In this document: one piece after another, positions 1 through 8,747 of the stretch | How the letters are laid out: every line of letters starts with the position of its first letter | How positions within the stretch are numbered: position 1 is the stretch's first letter | Assembly: GCA_051648945.1 (NCBI GenBank) | Contig: JBOFGC010000498.1 | Location: 1 to 40,618, forward strand | Reading direction: 5' to 3' | DNA length: 40,618 nucleotides | DNA from: Bacilli bacterium | GTDB lineage: Bacteria > Bacillota > Bacilli > JBOFGC01 | Program-made: the position numbers and the translations under genes | Notes under the pieces: model-generated | Told to the model about the DNA's origin: nothing | Database searches by the model: none | What the model saw: only the letters and a program-made list of their open reading frames with translations

Positions 1-2
1 GA

Positions 3-575
3 CAAAGCGACCAAGATGCGCTCGAACATCTAATTAAGCGCTATAAACCTTTTGTAAAAGCCAAAGCTCGCTCTTACTTTCTTGTCGGAGCCGATAAAGA
101 TGACGTAGTTCAAGAAGGTATGATTGGATTATATAAAGCCATTCGTAATTTTAATGAAGATAAACTCACAACATTTCGTGTGTTTGCGGAGTTATGCATA
201 ACAAGGCATATGATAACCGCAATCAAGATGGCAACAAGACAAAAACACATTCCGTTAAATTCGTATATATCATTGGACAAGCCAATGTATGAAGATGAAT
301 CCGACCGAACGCTACTAGACATTATCTCCGAAGTGAAGACCACAGACCCTGCATCCATGTTAATTACTCAAGAAGATTTAGCACTAATCGAATTGAAAGT
401 AAATGAAATATTAAGTAATCTAGAGAAAGACGTATTGGAATTGTATCTTGACGGCAGAACATATCAAGAAATTTCAGTGCTTTTAAATCGCCATGTAAAG
501 TCAATTGATAACGCTTTACAACGAATTAAAAAGAAAATGGAGAAGTTTCCTGAATTTAATGCGTACTCACTATAG
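3..575 (+). CDS. sigH: RNA polymerase sigma-H factor (5' end truncated by window)
   Basis: Frame is open from position 3: QSDQDALEHLIKRYKPFVKAKARSYFLVGADKDDVVQEGMIGLYKAIR...ATRQKHIPLNSY...RHVKSIDNALQR, typical SigH motifs; lies upstream of rpmG-secE-nusG as in Bacillus. Confidence 0.96.
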   Translation, partial: QSDQDALEHLIKRYKPFVKAKARSYFLVGADKDDVVQEGMIGLYKAIRNFNEDKLTTFRVFAELCITRHMITAIKMATRQKHIPLNSYISLDKPMYEDESDRTLLDIISEVKTTDPASMLITQEDLALIELKVNEILSNLEKDVLELYLDGRTYQEISVLLNRHVKSIDNALQRIKKKMEKFPEFNAYSL

Positions 576-591
576 TTTATCTTGTCGTTCA

Positions 592-620
592 TTGACAGTT
601 TTTCTGAAAAGTGTTAGCAT
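592..620 (+). promoter_or_regulatory. sigma-A promoter for rpmG-secE-nusG
   Basis: TTGACA (592-597), 17 bp spacer, TAGCAT (615-620) with extended -10 TG at 612-613. Confidence 0.75.
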
Positions 621-654
621 TAATTATTGAATTCGTAATAAGGAAGCTGAAATT

Positions 655-795
655 ATGAAGGTTACGTTAGCATGTTCGCAGTGTGGAAGCAGAAATTATT
701 CATTGCCGAAGAATAATACAACAACCACACGCTTAGAAGTAAATAAATTTTGTAAAGTATGCAATGCGCACGTTTTACATAAAGAAACTAAATAA
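655..795 (+). CDS. rpmG: 50S ribosomal protein L33, zinc-ribbon type, 46 aa (absent from ORF track)
   Basis: Manual translation [46 protein letters not shown]; two CxxC pairs, C-terminal HKETK; AAGGA RBS; position between sigH and secE. Confidence 0.93.
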   Translation: MKVTLACSQCGSRNYSLPKNNTTTTRLEVNKFCKVCNAHVLHKETK

Positions 796-825
796 CGCAA
801 ATGTTTTGTGGGGGTATTAAGGGGC

Positions 826-1011
826 ATGAATTTTTTAAAAAACTTTTTCAAAAACTTACGAAGTGAAGTTCGCAAAGTAAGTTGGCCAAAGCGTAAAGAA
901 TTAGTAAATTCTACATTGATTGTAATTGGTACAGTTGTATTTTTTGGTTTATTTTTCTTTGCGGTTGATAAAGGTATTTCATCTGTCGTAAATTTCGTCG
1001 TAACAAAGTAG
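826..1011 (+). CDS. secE: Preprotein translocase subunit SecE
   Basis: EVRKVSWP motif followed by one hydrophobic helix; start is ATG 826 or GTG 808. Confidence 0.93.
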   Translation: MNFLKNFFKNLRSEVRKVSWPKRKELVNSTLIVIGTVVFFGLFFFAVDKGISSVVNFVVTK

Positions 1012-1061
1012 TGAAAAGCGAATAAGAAACAGTTTGTTCGTAAACAATGTTTTTGATACAG

Positions 1062-1085
1062 AAACCCGTCGAATGCGGGTTTTTT
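1062..1085 (+). terminator. Intrinsic terminator-like hairpin between secE and nusG
   Basis: AAACCCG...CGGGTTT stem running into a T tract. Confidence 0.6.
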
Positions 1086-1121
1086 AGTTTACTTAAAAAA
1101 GTTTGTTAGGAGATGACAATC

Positions 1122-1667
1122 ATGGAAATGGAAAAACATTGGTACGTTGTTCATACGTACTCAGGTTATGAAAATAAAGTGAAAGCAAATCTTGAAAAGC
1201 GTGTTGAATCAATGAACATGCTGGATAAGATTTTTCGTGTTGTAGTTCCAGAAGAGCTCGAAACAATTGAAACAGCATCAGGTTCAAAACGTGAAGTGAA
1301 ACGTAAAGTGTTTCCAGGTTACGTTCTTGTTGAATTGTTAATGACAGACGATTCTTGGTATGTCGTGCGTAACACACCAGGTGTAACAGGTTTCGTAGGT
1401 TCTGCAGGTGCAGGTTCAAAACCAACACCGTTACTTCCTGATGAAGTAACGCGCATCTTAAAAACGATGGGCATGGAATTGGAAAAATTTGATCATGGAT
1501 TTGAGCTGGGTGAAACAGTTAAGATTAAAGGGGGATTATTCCAAGGCAGTGTTGGTGTAATCCAATCCATTGAACAAGATAAAAAACGTGTGAAAATTAA
1601 AGTAGAAGCGTTTAATGGACGTGAAACTTTAGTTGAAGAAGAAATATCTGTAATAGAAAAAATTTAA
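1122..1667 (+). CDS. nusG: Transcription elongation factor NusG
   Basis: WYVVHTYSGYENKVK, FPGYVLV, VRNTPGVTGFVG; AGGAG at 1108-1112 favours ATG 1122 over 1113. Confidence 0.97.
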   Translation: MEMEKHWYVVHTYSGYENKVKANLEKRVESMNMLDKIFRVVVPEELETIETASGSKREVKRKVFPGYVLVELLMTDDSWYVVRNTPGVTGFVGSAGAGSKPTPLLPDEVTRILKTMGMELEKFDHGFELGETVKIKGGLFQGSVGVIQSIEQDKKRVKIKVEAFNGRETLVEEEISVIEKI

Positions 1668-1673
1668 AAAAAC

Positions 1674-1702
1674 TTGCATTCTGCACATTGAAGTGGTAGA
1701 AT
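1674..1702 (+). promoter_or_regulatory. sigma-A promoter for rplK-rplA
   Basis: TTGCAT, 17 bp, TAGAAT with extended TG; A-rich upstream sequence. Confidence 0.75.
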
Positions 1703-1772
1703 TTCAAGGTCAGTGTGCCATTTTCTAAACAAACACTGAAAGATTCGACGCAAAGCGTCATTTCTTAGATGA

Positions 1773-1800
1773 GTGGGAGGGGCTAGTCCCCATAAACCAC
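1773..1800 (+). promoter_or_regulatory. Putative L1-binding autoregulatory RNA upstream of rplK
   Basis: GTGGGAG...AACCAC stem with asymmetric internal loop, resembling L1 mRNA targets. Confidence 0.6.
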
Positions 1801-1826
1801 ATCACGGACTTAAGGAGGTGTGTCTC

Positions 1827-2252
1827 GTGGCAAAAAAGGTTATTAAAATTGTAAAACTTCAAATTCCTGCTGGTAAAGCAAATCCAGCGCCACCGGTTGG
1901 TCCTGCATTAGGTCAAGCAGGTGTTAACATTATGGGATTCTGTAAGGAGTTCAACGCTCGTACAGCTGAACAAGTGGGTCTTATCATTCCTGTAGAAATT
2001 ACAGTATTCGAAGATCGCTCATTCACATTCATCACAAAAACTCCACCTGCAGCAGTATTACTTAAAAAAGCAGCTGGTATTGAGTCTGGTTCTGGTGAAC
2101 CAAACCGCAAAAAAGTAGCAACGGTTAAGCGTGATAAAGTACGCGAAATCGCTGAAACAAAAATGCCTGACTTAAACGCTGCAAACGTTGAGTCTGCAAT
2201 GCGTATGGTTGAAGGTACTGCACGTAGCATGGGTATTGTGATCGAAGATTAA
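1827..2252 (+). CDS. rplK: 50S ribosomal protein L11
   Basis: [16 protein letters not shown] motif; GTG start at 1827 after AAGGAGGTG. Confidence 0.98.
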   Translation: MAKKVIKIVKLQIPAGKANPAPPVGPALGQAGVNIMGFCKEFNARTAEQVGLIIPVEITVFEDRSFTFITKTPPAAVLLKKAAGIESGSGEPNRKKVATVKRDKVREIAETKMPDLNAANVESAMRMVEGTARSMGIVIED

Positions 2253-2317
2253 TCCCTAGCACTTGTTTTTCGTACGGTGAGGTTGCGTCTAGGTTAACCA
2301 AAGCGCAGCCTTTATTC

Positions 2318-2345
2318 GTGGGAGGTTTTTATCCGTTATAACCAC
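2318..2345 (+). promoter_or_regulatory. Putative L1-binding autoregulatory RNA upstream of rplA
   Basis: GTGGGAGG...ATAACCAC, same architecture as 1773-1800, immediately before the rplA RBS. Confidence 0.65.
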
Positions 2346-2365
2346 ATATTGAGGAGGAATTTCTA

Positions 2366-3067
2366 ATGCCTAAAAGAGGTAAAAATTATTTAGACGCAGC
2401 TAAGCTTGTTGACCGCACGCAAAGTTACGTTGTCTCAGAAGCAATCGACTTAGTTAAAAAAACTAGTTATGTTAAATTTGACGCTACACTTGAAGTTGCT
2501 TTCCGTTTAGGAGTAGACCCTAAGAAAGCTGACCAACAAATTCGTGGCGCAGTTGTTTTACCAAACGGTACTGGTAAAGTTTCTCGCGTATTAGTTTTCG
2601 CTAAAGGCGAAAAAGCTAAAGAAGCTGAAGCTGCTGGTGCAGATCACGTTGGCGATAGCGACTATATCAACAAAATCCAACAAGGTTGGTTTGACTTTGA
2701 TGTAATCGTTGCAACTCCTGACATGATGGGTGAAGTTGGTAAATTAGGACGTGTATTAGGACCTAAAGGTTTAATGCCGAACCCTAAAACTGGTACAGTA
2801 ACATTTGATGTTACTCGTGCAATCAACGACATCAAAGCTGGTAAAGTTGAATACCGTGTAGACAAAGCTGGAAACATCCACGTGCCTATCGGTAAAAAAT
2901 CGTTTGACACTGATAAATTAGCTGAAAACTTACAAACAGTATACGAAACTTTAGTGAAAGCTAAACCGTCTGCTGCTAAAGGTACTTACATGAAGAACGT
3001 AACATTATCTTCTACAATGGGACCTGGTGTTAAAGTTGATGTTAGCTCATTCAGCCCTGCAAACTAA
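2366..3067 (+). CDS. rplA: 50S ribosomal protein L1
   Basis: [29 protein letters not shown] motifs. Confidence 0.98.
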   Translation: MPKRGKNYLDAAKLVDRTQSYVVSEAIDLVKKTSYVKFDATLEVAFRLGVDPKKADQQIRGAVVLPNGTGKVSRVLVFAKGEKAKEAEAAGADHVGDSDYINKIQQGWFDFDVIVATPDMMGEVGKLGRVLGPKGLMPNPKTGTVTFDVTRAINDIKAGKVEYRVDKAGNIHVPIGKKSFDTDKLAENLQTVYETLVKAKPSAAKGTYMKNVTLSSTMGPGVKVDVSSFSPAN

Positions 3068-3069
3068 AC

Positions 3070-3099
3070 TTGACAATTAAAAACACAGCGTGATACAAT
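3070..3099 (+). promoter_or_regulatory. sigma-A promoter for rplJL
   Basis: TTGACA (3070-3075), 18 bp, TACAAT (3094-3099) with extended TG. Confidence 0.75.
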
Positions 3100-3130
3100 A
3101 GTAAACGTTGTTAATCAAATAACTTCCTAT

Positions 3131-3248
3131 ATACCGTAGACAGTAGGTGTTTTCGTAACGTAAATCCTACCGAGGTGTTGCTTATTATTTAATTATTTTA
3201 TGCAATGATCCCACTGTGTCTACTTCTGGTTTTCACAGTGGTTTTTTT
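3131..3248 (+). promoter_or_regulatory. L10 leader (ribosomal protein attenuator)
   Basis: CCGTAGACAGTAGG...TAAATCCTACCGAGG core; terminator CCACTGTG/CACAGTGG plus T7 at 3211-3248; GTAGACA can pair with TGTCTAC as an antiterminator. Confidence 0.88.
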
Positions 3249-3282
3249 CGGTATATATGAAAATACTGTAGGAGGTGTAAGA

Positions 3283-3783
3283 ATGAATAGTGCAGTTGAA
3301 ACTAAACAAGTAGTTGTAGCTGAAATCGCTGAAAAATTACGTGCGTCTAAAACAACAGTTGTTGTTGACTACCGTGGTTTGAATGTAGGTCAAGTTACAG
3401 AACTACGTAAACAGCTTCGTGAAGCTGGAGTAGAATTTAAAGTTTACAAAAACACATTAATGCGTCGCGCTTGTGCTGAAGCAGAATTAACAGGTTTAGA
3501 TGAAATCTTAACAGGTCCATCTGCTATCGCGTTCTCAAACGACGATGTTATCGCACCTGCGAAAATTATTAATGAGTTCGCTAAAAAGAACGAAGCGTTA
3601 GAAATTAAAGCTGGTATTATCGAAGGTACTGTATCTTCTGCTGATGATGTGAAAGCACTTGCTGAATTACCATCACGTGAAGGTTTACTATCAATGTTAC
3701 TCAGCGTACTTCAAGCGCCAATCCGCAACCTTGCTCTTGTTACAAAAGCAGTTGCAGACCAAAAAGAAGAGCAAAGCGCTTAA
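3283..3783 (+). CDS. rplJ: 50S ribosomal protein L10
   Basis: [26 protein letters not shown]; ATG 3283 after GGAGGTG. Confidence 0.98.
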   Translation: MNSAVETKQVVVAEIAEKLRASKTTVVVDYRGLNVGQVTELRKQLREAGVEFKVYKNTLMRRACAEAELTGLDEILTGPSAIAFSNDDVIAPAKIINEFAKKNEALEIKAGIIEGTVSSADDVKALAELPSREGLLSMLLSVLQAPIRNLALVTKAVADQKEEQSA

Positions 3784-3838
3784 TTTTTGCAGCTTAACAA
3801 AAAATAAAATTTCCTAACATTCAAGGAGGATAATTACA

Positions 3839-4201
3839 ATGACTAAAGAACAAATCATTGAAGCGGTTAAAAATATGACAGTTTTAGAGCTTAACGACTT
3901 AGTTAAAGCTATCGAAGAAGAATTTGGTGTAACAGCTGCAGCTCCTGTAGCAGTTATGGCTGGTGGCGCTGCTCCAGCTGCTGAAGAACAAACAGAATTC
4001 GACGTAATCTTAGTTGAAGCTGGTCCTAAGAAAATCAACGTAATCAAAGTGGTTCGTGAAATCACTGGATTAGGTTTAAAAGAAGCGAAAGAGGTTGTTG
4101 ACAACACTCCTAAAGCTCTTAAAGAAGCAGCTACTAAAGAAGAAGCTGAAGAAATCAAAGGCAAAATCGAAGAACTTGGCGGAAAAGTTGAAGTTAAATA
4201 A
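3839..4201 (+). CDS. rplL: 50S ribosomal protein L7/L12
   Basis: [25 protein letters not shown] motifs. Confidence 0.98.
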   Translation: MTKEQIIEAVKNMTVLELNDLVKAIEEEFGVTAAAPVAVMAGGAAPAAEEQTEFDVILVEAGPKKINVIKVVREITGLGLKEAKEVVDNTPKALKEAATKEEAEEIKGKIEELGGKVEVK

Positions 4202-4214
4202 TTTTACCTTTCTT

Positions 4215-4245
4215 AAAAAGCTCGCTTGAAAAAGCGGGCTTTTTT
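4215..4245 (+). terminator. Intrinsic terminator after rplL
   Basis: AAAAGCTCGCT/AGCGGGCTTTT stem with T tract. Confidence 0.85.
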
Positions 4246-4306
4246 GGTTATTACTAAAAATACTGCACATATTAAATTTAGGTGTGTATAAAGGAGAGAG
4301 TGTGTC

Positions 4307-4909
4307 ATGAGTGAGCATTACTATAGCAATAAGCCAAGCGTTGCTTCAGATGTGCGTTTAGTCTCTACTTCCATTCATAATTCTATGCTTTCTTTTGAAA
4401 CTGATGCCGGTGTTTTTTCTAAAAAGGGTGTAGATTTCGGTACAGTTGTACTTTTAGAGAATTTAACAATCGCACCAAAAGCAAAAACTGTAGCTGATAT
4501 TGGCTGCGGATATGGGCCGATTGGCATTTATGTGGCGAAAAATAATGATGTGTTTGTGCAAATGGTTGATGTAAACGAACGTGCAGTCGCACTTTCGAAA
4601 CGCAACGCACAACGAAATGGTGTAGCTGAACGCGTGGATGTGAAAGAAAGTTTCTTATTAGACAGCATTGCAGATCAAGTGTTTGATTGTATTATCTCAA
4701 ATCCGCCGATTCGTGCAGGAAAAGAAGTTGTTCATCAGTTGTTTGATCAAGCGTACCAGTGTTTACAAGCAGAAGGTGAGTTTTGGATTGTTATCCAACG
4801 AAAGCAAGGTGCACCATCAGCAATCGCGAAATTAGAGACGTTATTTGCTGAAGTGGATGTTGTGAAAAAAGAGAAAGGGTATTATATCATAAAATCAAAA
4901 AAAAGTTGA
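4307..4909 (+). CDS. ybxB: Class I SAM-dependent methyltransferase, RsmC/YbxB family
   Basis: MSEHYYS start, GVFSK..VDFGT, DIGCGYG SAM motif, SNPPIRAGK; conserved position before rpoB. Confidence 0.9.
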   Translation: MSEHYYSNKPSVASDVRLVSTSIHNSMLSFETDAGVFSKKGVDFGTVVLLENLTIAPKAKTVADIGCGYGPIGIYVAKNNDVFVQMVDVNERAVALSKRNAQRNGVAERVDVKESFLLDSIADQVFDCIISNPPIRAGKEVVHQLFDQAYQCLQAEGEFWIVIQRKQGAPSAIAKLETLFAEVDVVKKEKGYYIIKSKKS

Positions 4910-4934
4910 CGTATTTTTTTTGTTGTGATACAGT
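4906..4934 (+). promoter_or_regulatory. sigma-A promoter for rpoBC, overlapping the ybxB stop codon
   Basis: TTGACG, 17 bp, TACAGT with extended TG; A tracts upstream. Confidence 0.65.
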
Positions 4935-5168
4935 ATTAAAATGCGAATATGTGTGTACTTTTATATATATTCAGTTTGTATATTTTTCCAAACGTTGGAA
5001 ATAATGAACAGAGAGTGTGTAAAAATGGGGTTTTCTATTGTTGAAAGCCATTTTTATTTTTAGAACAAATCCTTCTTTTTTATCACATTGTTTTCATTAT
5101 TATTTTTACTCACATAAAATTTTAATCATCAGTCCTAAAATCTAACTATAAGTTGAGGGGTGAATCAT

Positions 5169-8100
5169 TTGACAAGTCATGAAAACGTCAAATACGGACG
5201 ACACCGCGAACGCCGAAGTTACGCACGCATTAGTGAAGTGCTAGAGCTTCCGAATCTAATTGAAATTCAAACCACTTCTTATGAATGGTTCCTGGACACA
5301 GGGTTGCGTGAAATGTTTAAAGAAATTTCACCAATTGAAGACTTTACAGGCAATTTGTCTTTAGAGTTTGTAGATTATGTGCTAGGCGAGCCGAAGTACT
5401 CTGTTGAAGAATCAAAGGAACGTGATGTTACATACGCTGCACCACTTCGCGTAAAAGTACGTCTGTTAAACAAAGAAACAGGAGAACTCAAAGAACAAGA
5501 AGTGTTTATGGGTGATTTCCCGTTAATGACTGAAACAGGTACTTTTATTATTAACGGTGCTGAGCGCGTAATCGTTTCTCAGTTAGTACGTTCACCTGGT
5601 GTGTATTTTAACAGAACCATTGATAAAAATGGTAAACCAATTTTTGGTGCAACAGTTATTCCAAACCGTGGTGCATGGTTAGAATACGAAACAGACGCAA
5701 AAGATGTTGTCTACGTTCGTATTGACCGCACGCGTAAATTACCTGTAACGGTTCTTTTACGTGCATTAGGTTTTGGAACAGACCAAGAAATTATCGACCT
5801 TTTAGGTGATAATGAGTATGTTCGTAATACGCTTGAAAAAGACAACACAGACAACTCTGACCGCGCGCTTATTGAAATTTATGAGCGTCTACGTCCAGGA
5901 GAACCACCAACAGTTGAGAATGCGAAGAATCTTCTCTACACTCGTTTCTTCGATCCAAAACGCTATGATTTAGCAAATGTTGGTCGTTATAAAATTAATA
6001 AAAAATTACACATGAAGAACCGCTTGTTAGGTCAAGTACTTGGTCAACATATCGTTGATGCTAACGGTGAAATTATTGAGTCGGATGGCGCTGAATTAGA
6101 TCGTCGTACACTTGATAAGTTATGGGAAAGTGTTGAAAACCAAGAAAGTGGCGAACTACTTGGTATGAAAACATTACGTCCACATAACGGCGTTCTTGAA
6201 GGTGAATTTGATGTTCAAGTATTGAAAATTAAAGAAAAAGAAACAGGCGGTACAATCAATGTAATTAGCAATGCTAATGTTGATACGGATATTAAAAATA
6301 TCACACCAGCAGACATTATTGCGTCGATTTCTTACTTCTTTAATCTATTATATGATTGCGGCACAACAGATGATATTGATCATTTAGGTAACCGTCGTTT
6401 ACGTTCAGTTGGTGAGTTATTACAAAACCAATTCCGTATCGGTTTAACGCGTATGGAACGTGTTGTTCGTGAACGTATGAGTATTCAAGATACAAATGCA
6501 ATTACACCACAGGCATTAATCAACATTCGTCCTGTAATTGCTTCTATTAAAGAGTTCTTTGGTAGCTCTCAGTTGTCTCAGTTCATGGACCAAACAAATC
6601 CATTAGCAGAGTTAACACATAAACGTCGTCTATCGGCGCTCGGACCCGGTGGTTTAACGCGTGAACGCGCAGGCTTTGAAGTGCGTGACGTTCATTACTC
6701 TCACTACGGTCGTATGTGTCCAATTGAAACACCAGAGGGACCAAATATCGGTCTTATTAACTCACTTTCTTCTTATGCAAAAGTAAATAAGTTCGGATTT
6801 ATCGAAACGCCATATCGTCGTGTTGACCCTGAAACAGGTCGAGTGACAGGACGTATTGACTATTTAACTGCTGACGAAGAAGATAATTATGTTGTAGCAC
6901 AAGCGAACGCACGTTTAGATGAAGATGGTTCATTCTTAGATGAAGATGTTGTTGTACGTTTCCGCGGTGACAATACTGTAATGAAACGTGAACGCGTTGA
7001 TTACATGGATGTATCGCCGAAACAGGTTGTTTCATCGGCAACAGCATGTATTCCTTTCTTAGAGAACGATGACTCGAACCGTGCGCTCATGGGAGCGAAC
7101 ATGCAACGACAAGCAGTTCCATTGTTAAACCCTGAATCGCCATTTGTCGGTACAGGTATGGAATATGTAAGTGCGAAAGACTCAGGAGCTGCAGTAATTT
7201 GTAAGCAATATGGTCGAGTAGAACATGTCGAAGCGAAGCAAATTACCGTTCGTCGTTTAGTCGAAGTAGATGGTCAAGTAACAGAAGGCGAATTAGATCG
7301 CTACCGCTTATCTAAATTCGTACGTTCAAACCAAGGTACTTGTTACAACCAACGCCCGATTGTTAAAAAAGGCGATATTGTAACAAAAGGTGAAATCTTA
7401 GCAGATGGACCATCAATGGAAAAAGGTGAACTTGCATTAGGACGTAACGTTCTTGTTGCCTTCATGACATGGGATGGTTACAACTACGAGGATGCTATCA
7501 TTATGAGTGAGCGTCTTGTAAAAGACGATGTATACACTTCGATCCATATTGAAGAATATGAGAGTGAAGCTCGTGATACGAAACTCGGACCTGAAGAAAT
7601 TACGCGCGATATTCCAAATGTTGGTGAAGATGCTTTACGTAATCTTGATGACCGCGGAATCATTCGTGTCGGAGCAGAAGTAAAAGACGGAGACCTACTC
7701 GTAGGTAAAGTAACGCCAAAAGGTGTAACAGAACTTACAGCAGAAGAACGTTTACTTCATGCAATCTTCGGTGAGAAAGCACGTGAAGTACGTGATACAT
7801 CACTTCGTGTACCACATGGTGGCGGCGGAATCATTCTTGACGTTAAAGTATTTAACCGTGAAGATGGCGACGAATTACCACCAGGTGTTAACCAATTAGT
7901 ACGTGCTTATATCGTTCAGAAACGTAAGATTTCTGAAGGGGATAAAATGGCCGGACGACATGGTAACAAAGGTGTTATCTCGCGTATTCTTCCAGAAGAA
8001 GATATGCCGTTTATGCCAGACGGCACACCAGTAGATATCATGTTAAATCCACTCGGTGTACCATCGCGTATGAACATCGGTCAGGTGTTAGAACTTCATT

Positions 8101-8711
8101 TAGGTATGGCAGCTCGTTACCTTGGAATTCACGTTGCATGTCCAGTATTTGATGGCGCGCGTGAGGAAGATGTATGGGCTACACTTGAAGAAGCTGGTAT
8201 GGCACGTGATGCGAAAACAGTTCTCTATGATGGACGTTCTGGTGAAGCATTTGATAACCGTGTTTCTGTAGGTATCATGTACATGATTAAACTTGCACAC
8301 ATGGTTGATGATAAACTTCATGCACGTTCAACAGGACCATACTCACTTGTTACGCAACAGCCACTTGGTGGTAAAGCGCAGTTCGGTGGACAGCGTTTTG
8401 GTGAGATGGAAGTATGGGCACTTGAAGCATACGGTGCGGCATATACACTTCAAGAAATTCTTACAGTTAAATCAGATGATGTTGTTGGTCGTGTGAAAAC
8501 ATATGAAGCGATTGTTAAAGGCGAAAACGTACCAGAACCTGGCGTTCCGGAATCGTTTAAAGTATTAATTAAAGAGCTTCAAAGTCTAGGTATGGACGTT
8601 AAGATGTTGAACAGTAATGACGAAGAGATTGAAATGCGTGATATGGATGATGAAGAAGAGCAAACGCCATTTGATCGTCAAGCCTCTGAAGTTGAAACTG
8701 TTAAAGAGTAA
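5169..8711 (+). CDS. rpoB: DNA-directed RNA polymerase subunit beta
   Basis: [44 protein letters not shown]; TTG 5169 after GAGGGGTG is the likely start (track starts at 5160). Confidence 0.99.
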   Translation: MTSHENVKYGRHRERRSYARISEVLELPNLIEIQTTSYEWFLDTGLREMFKEISPIEDFTGNLSLEFVDYVLGEPKYSVEESKERDVTYAAPLRVKVRLLNKETGELKEQEVFMGDFPLMTETGTFIINGAERVIVSQLVRSPGVYFNRTIDKNGKPIFGATVIPNRGAWLEYETDAKDVVYVRIDRTRKLPVTVLLRALGFGTDQEIIDLLGDNEYVRNTLEKDNTDNSDRALIEIYERLRPGEPPTVENAKNLLYTRFFDPKRYDLANVGRYKINKKLHMKNRLLGQVLGQHIVDANGEIIESDGAELDRRTLDKLWESVENQESGELLGMKTLRPHNGVLEGEFDVQVLKIKEKETGGTINVISNANVDTDIKNITPADIIASISYFFNLLYDCGTTDDIDHLGNRRLRSVGELLQNQFRIGLTRMERVVRERMSIQDTNAITPQALINIRPVIASIKEFFGSSQLSQFMDQTNPLAELTHKRRLSALGPGGLTRERAGFEVRDVHYSHYGRMCPIETPEGPNIGLINSLSSYAKVNKFGFIETPYRRVDPETGRVTGRIDYLTADEEDNYVVAQANARLDEDGSFLDEDVVVRFRGDNTVMKRERVDYMDVSPKQVVSSATACIPFLENDDSNRALMGANMQRQAVPLLNPESPFVGTGMEYVSAKDSGAAVICKQYGRVEHVEAKQITVRRLVEVDGQVTEGELDRYRLSKFVRSNQGTCYNQRPIVKKGDIVTKGEILADGPSMEKGELALGRNVLVAFMTWDGYNYEDAIIMSERLVKDDVYTSIHIEEYESEARDTKLGPEEITRDIPNVGEDALRNLDDRGIIRVGAEVKDGDLLVGKVTPKGVTELTAEERLLHAIFGEKAREVRDTSLRVPHGGGGIILDVKVFNREDGDELPPGVNQLVRAYIVQKRKISEGDKMAGRHGNKGVISRILPEEDMPFMPDGTPVDIMLNPLGVPSRMNIGQVLELHLGMAARYLGIHVACPVFDGAREEDVWATLEEAGMARDAKTVLYDGRSGEAFDNRVSVGIMYMIKLAHMVDDKLHARSTGPYSLVTQQPLGGKAQFGGQRFGEMEVWALEAYGAAYTLQEILTVKSDDVVGRVKTYEAIVKGENVPEPGVPESFKVLIKELQSLGMDVKMLNSNDEEIEMRDMDDEEEQTPFDRQASEVETVKE

Positions 8712-8747
8712 GAGGAAAAACCTGAAAAATTAAGGGAGGTAGGCCTC

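Noticed and set aside
6550-6770. Possible antibiotic-resistance alleles in the RpoB rifampicin clusters (also checked S12 PKKPNS, the S10 loop, L4 and L22)
   Set aside because: All read as wild-type Bacillus-like sequence.
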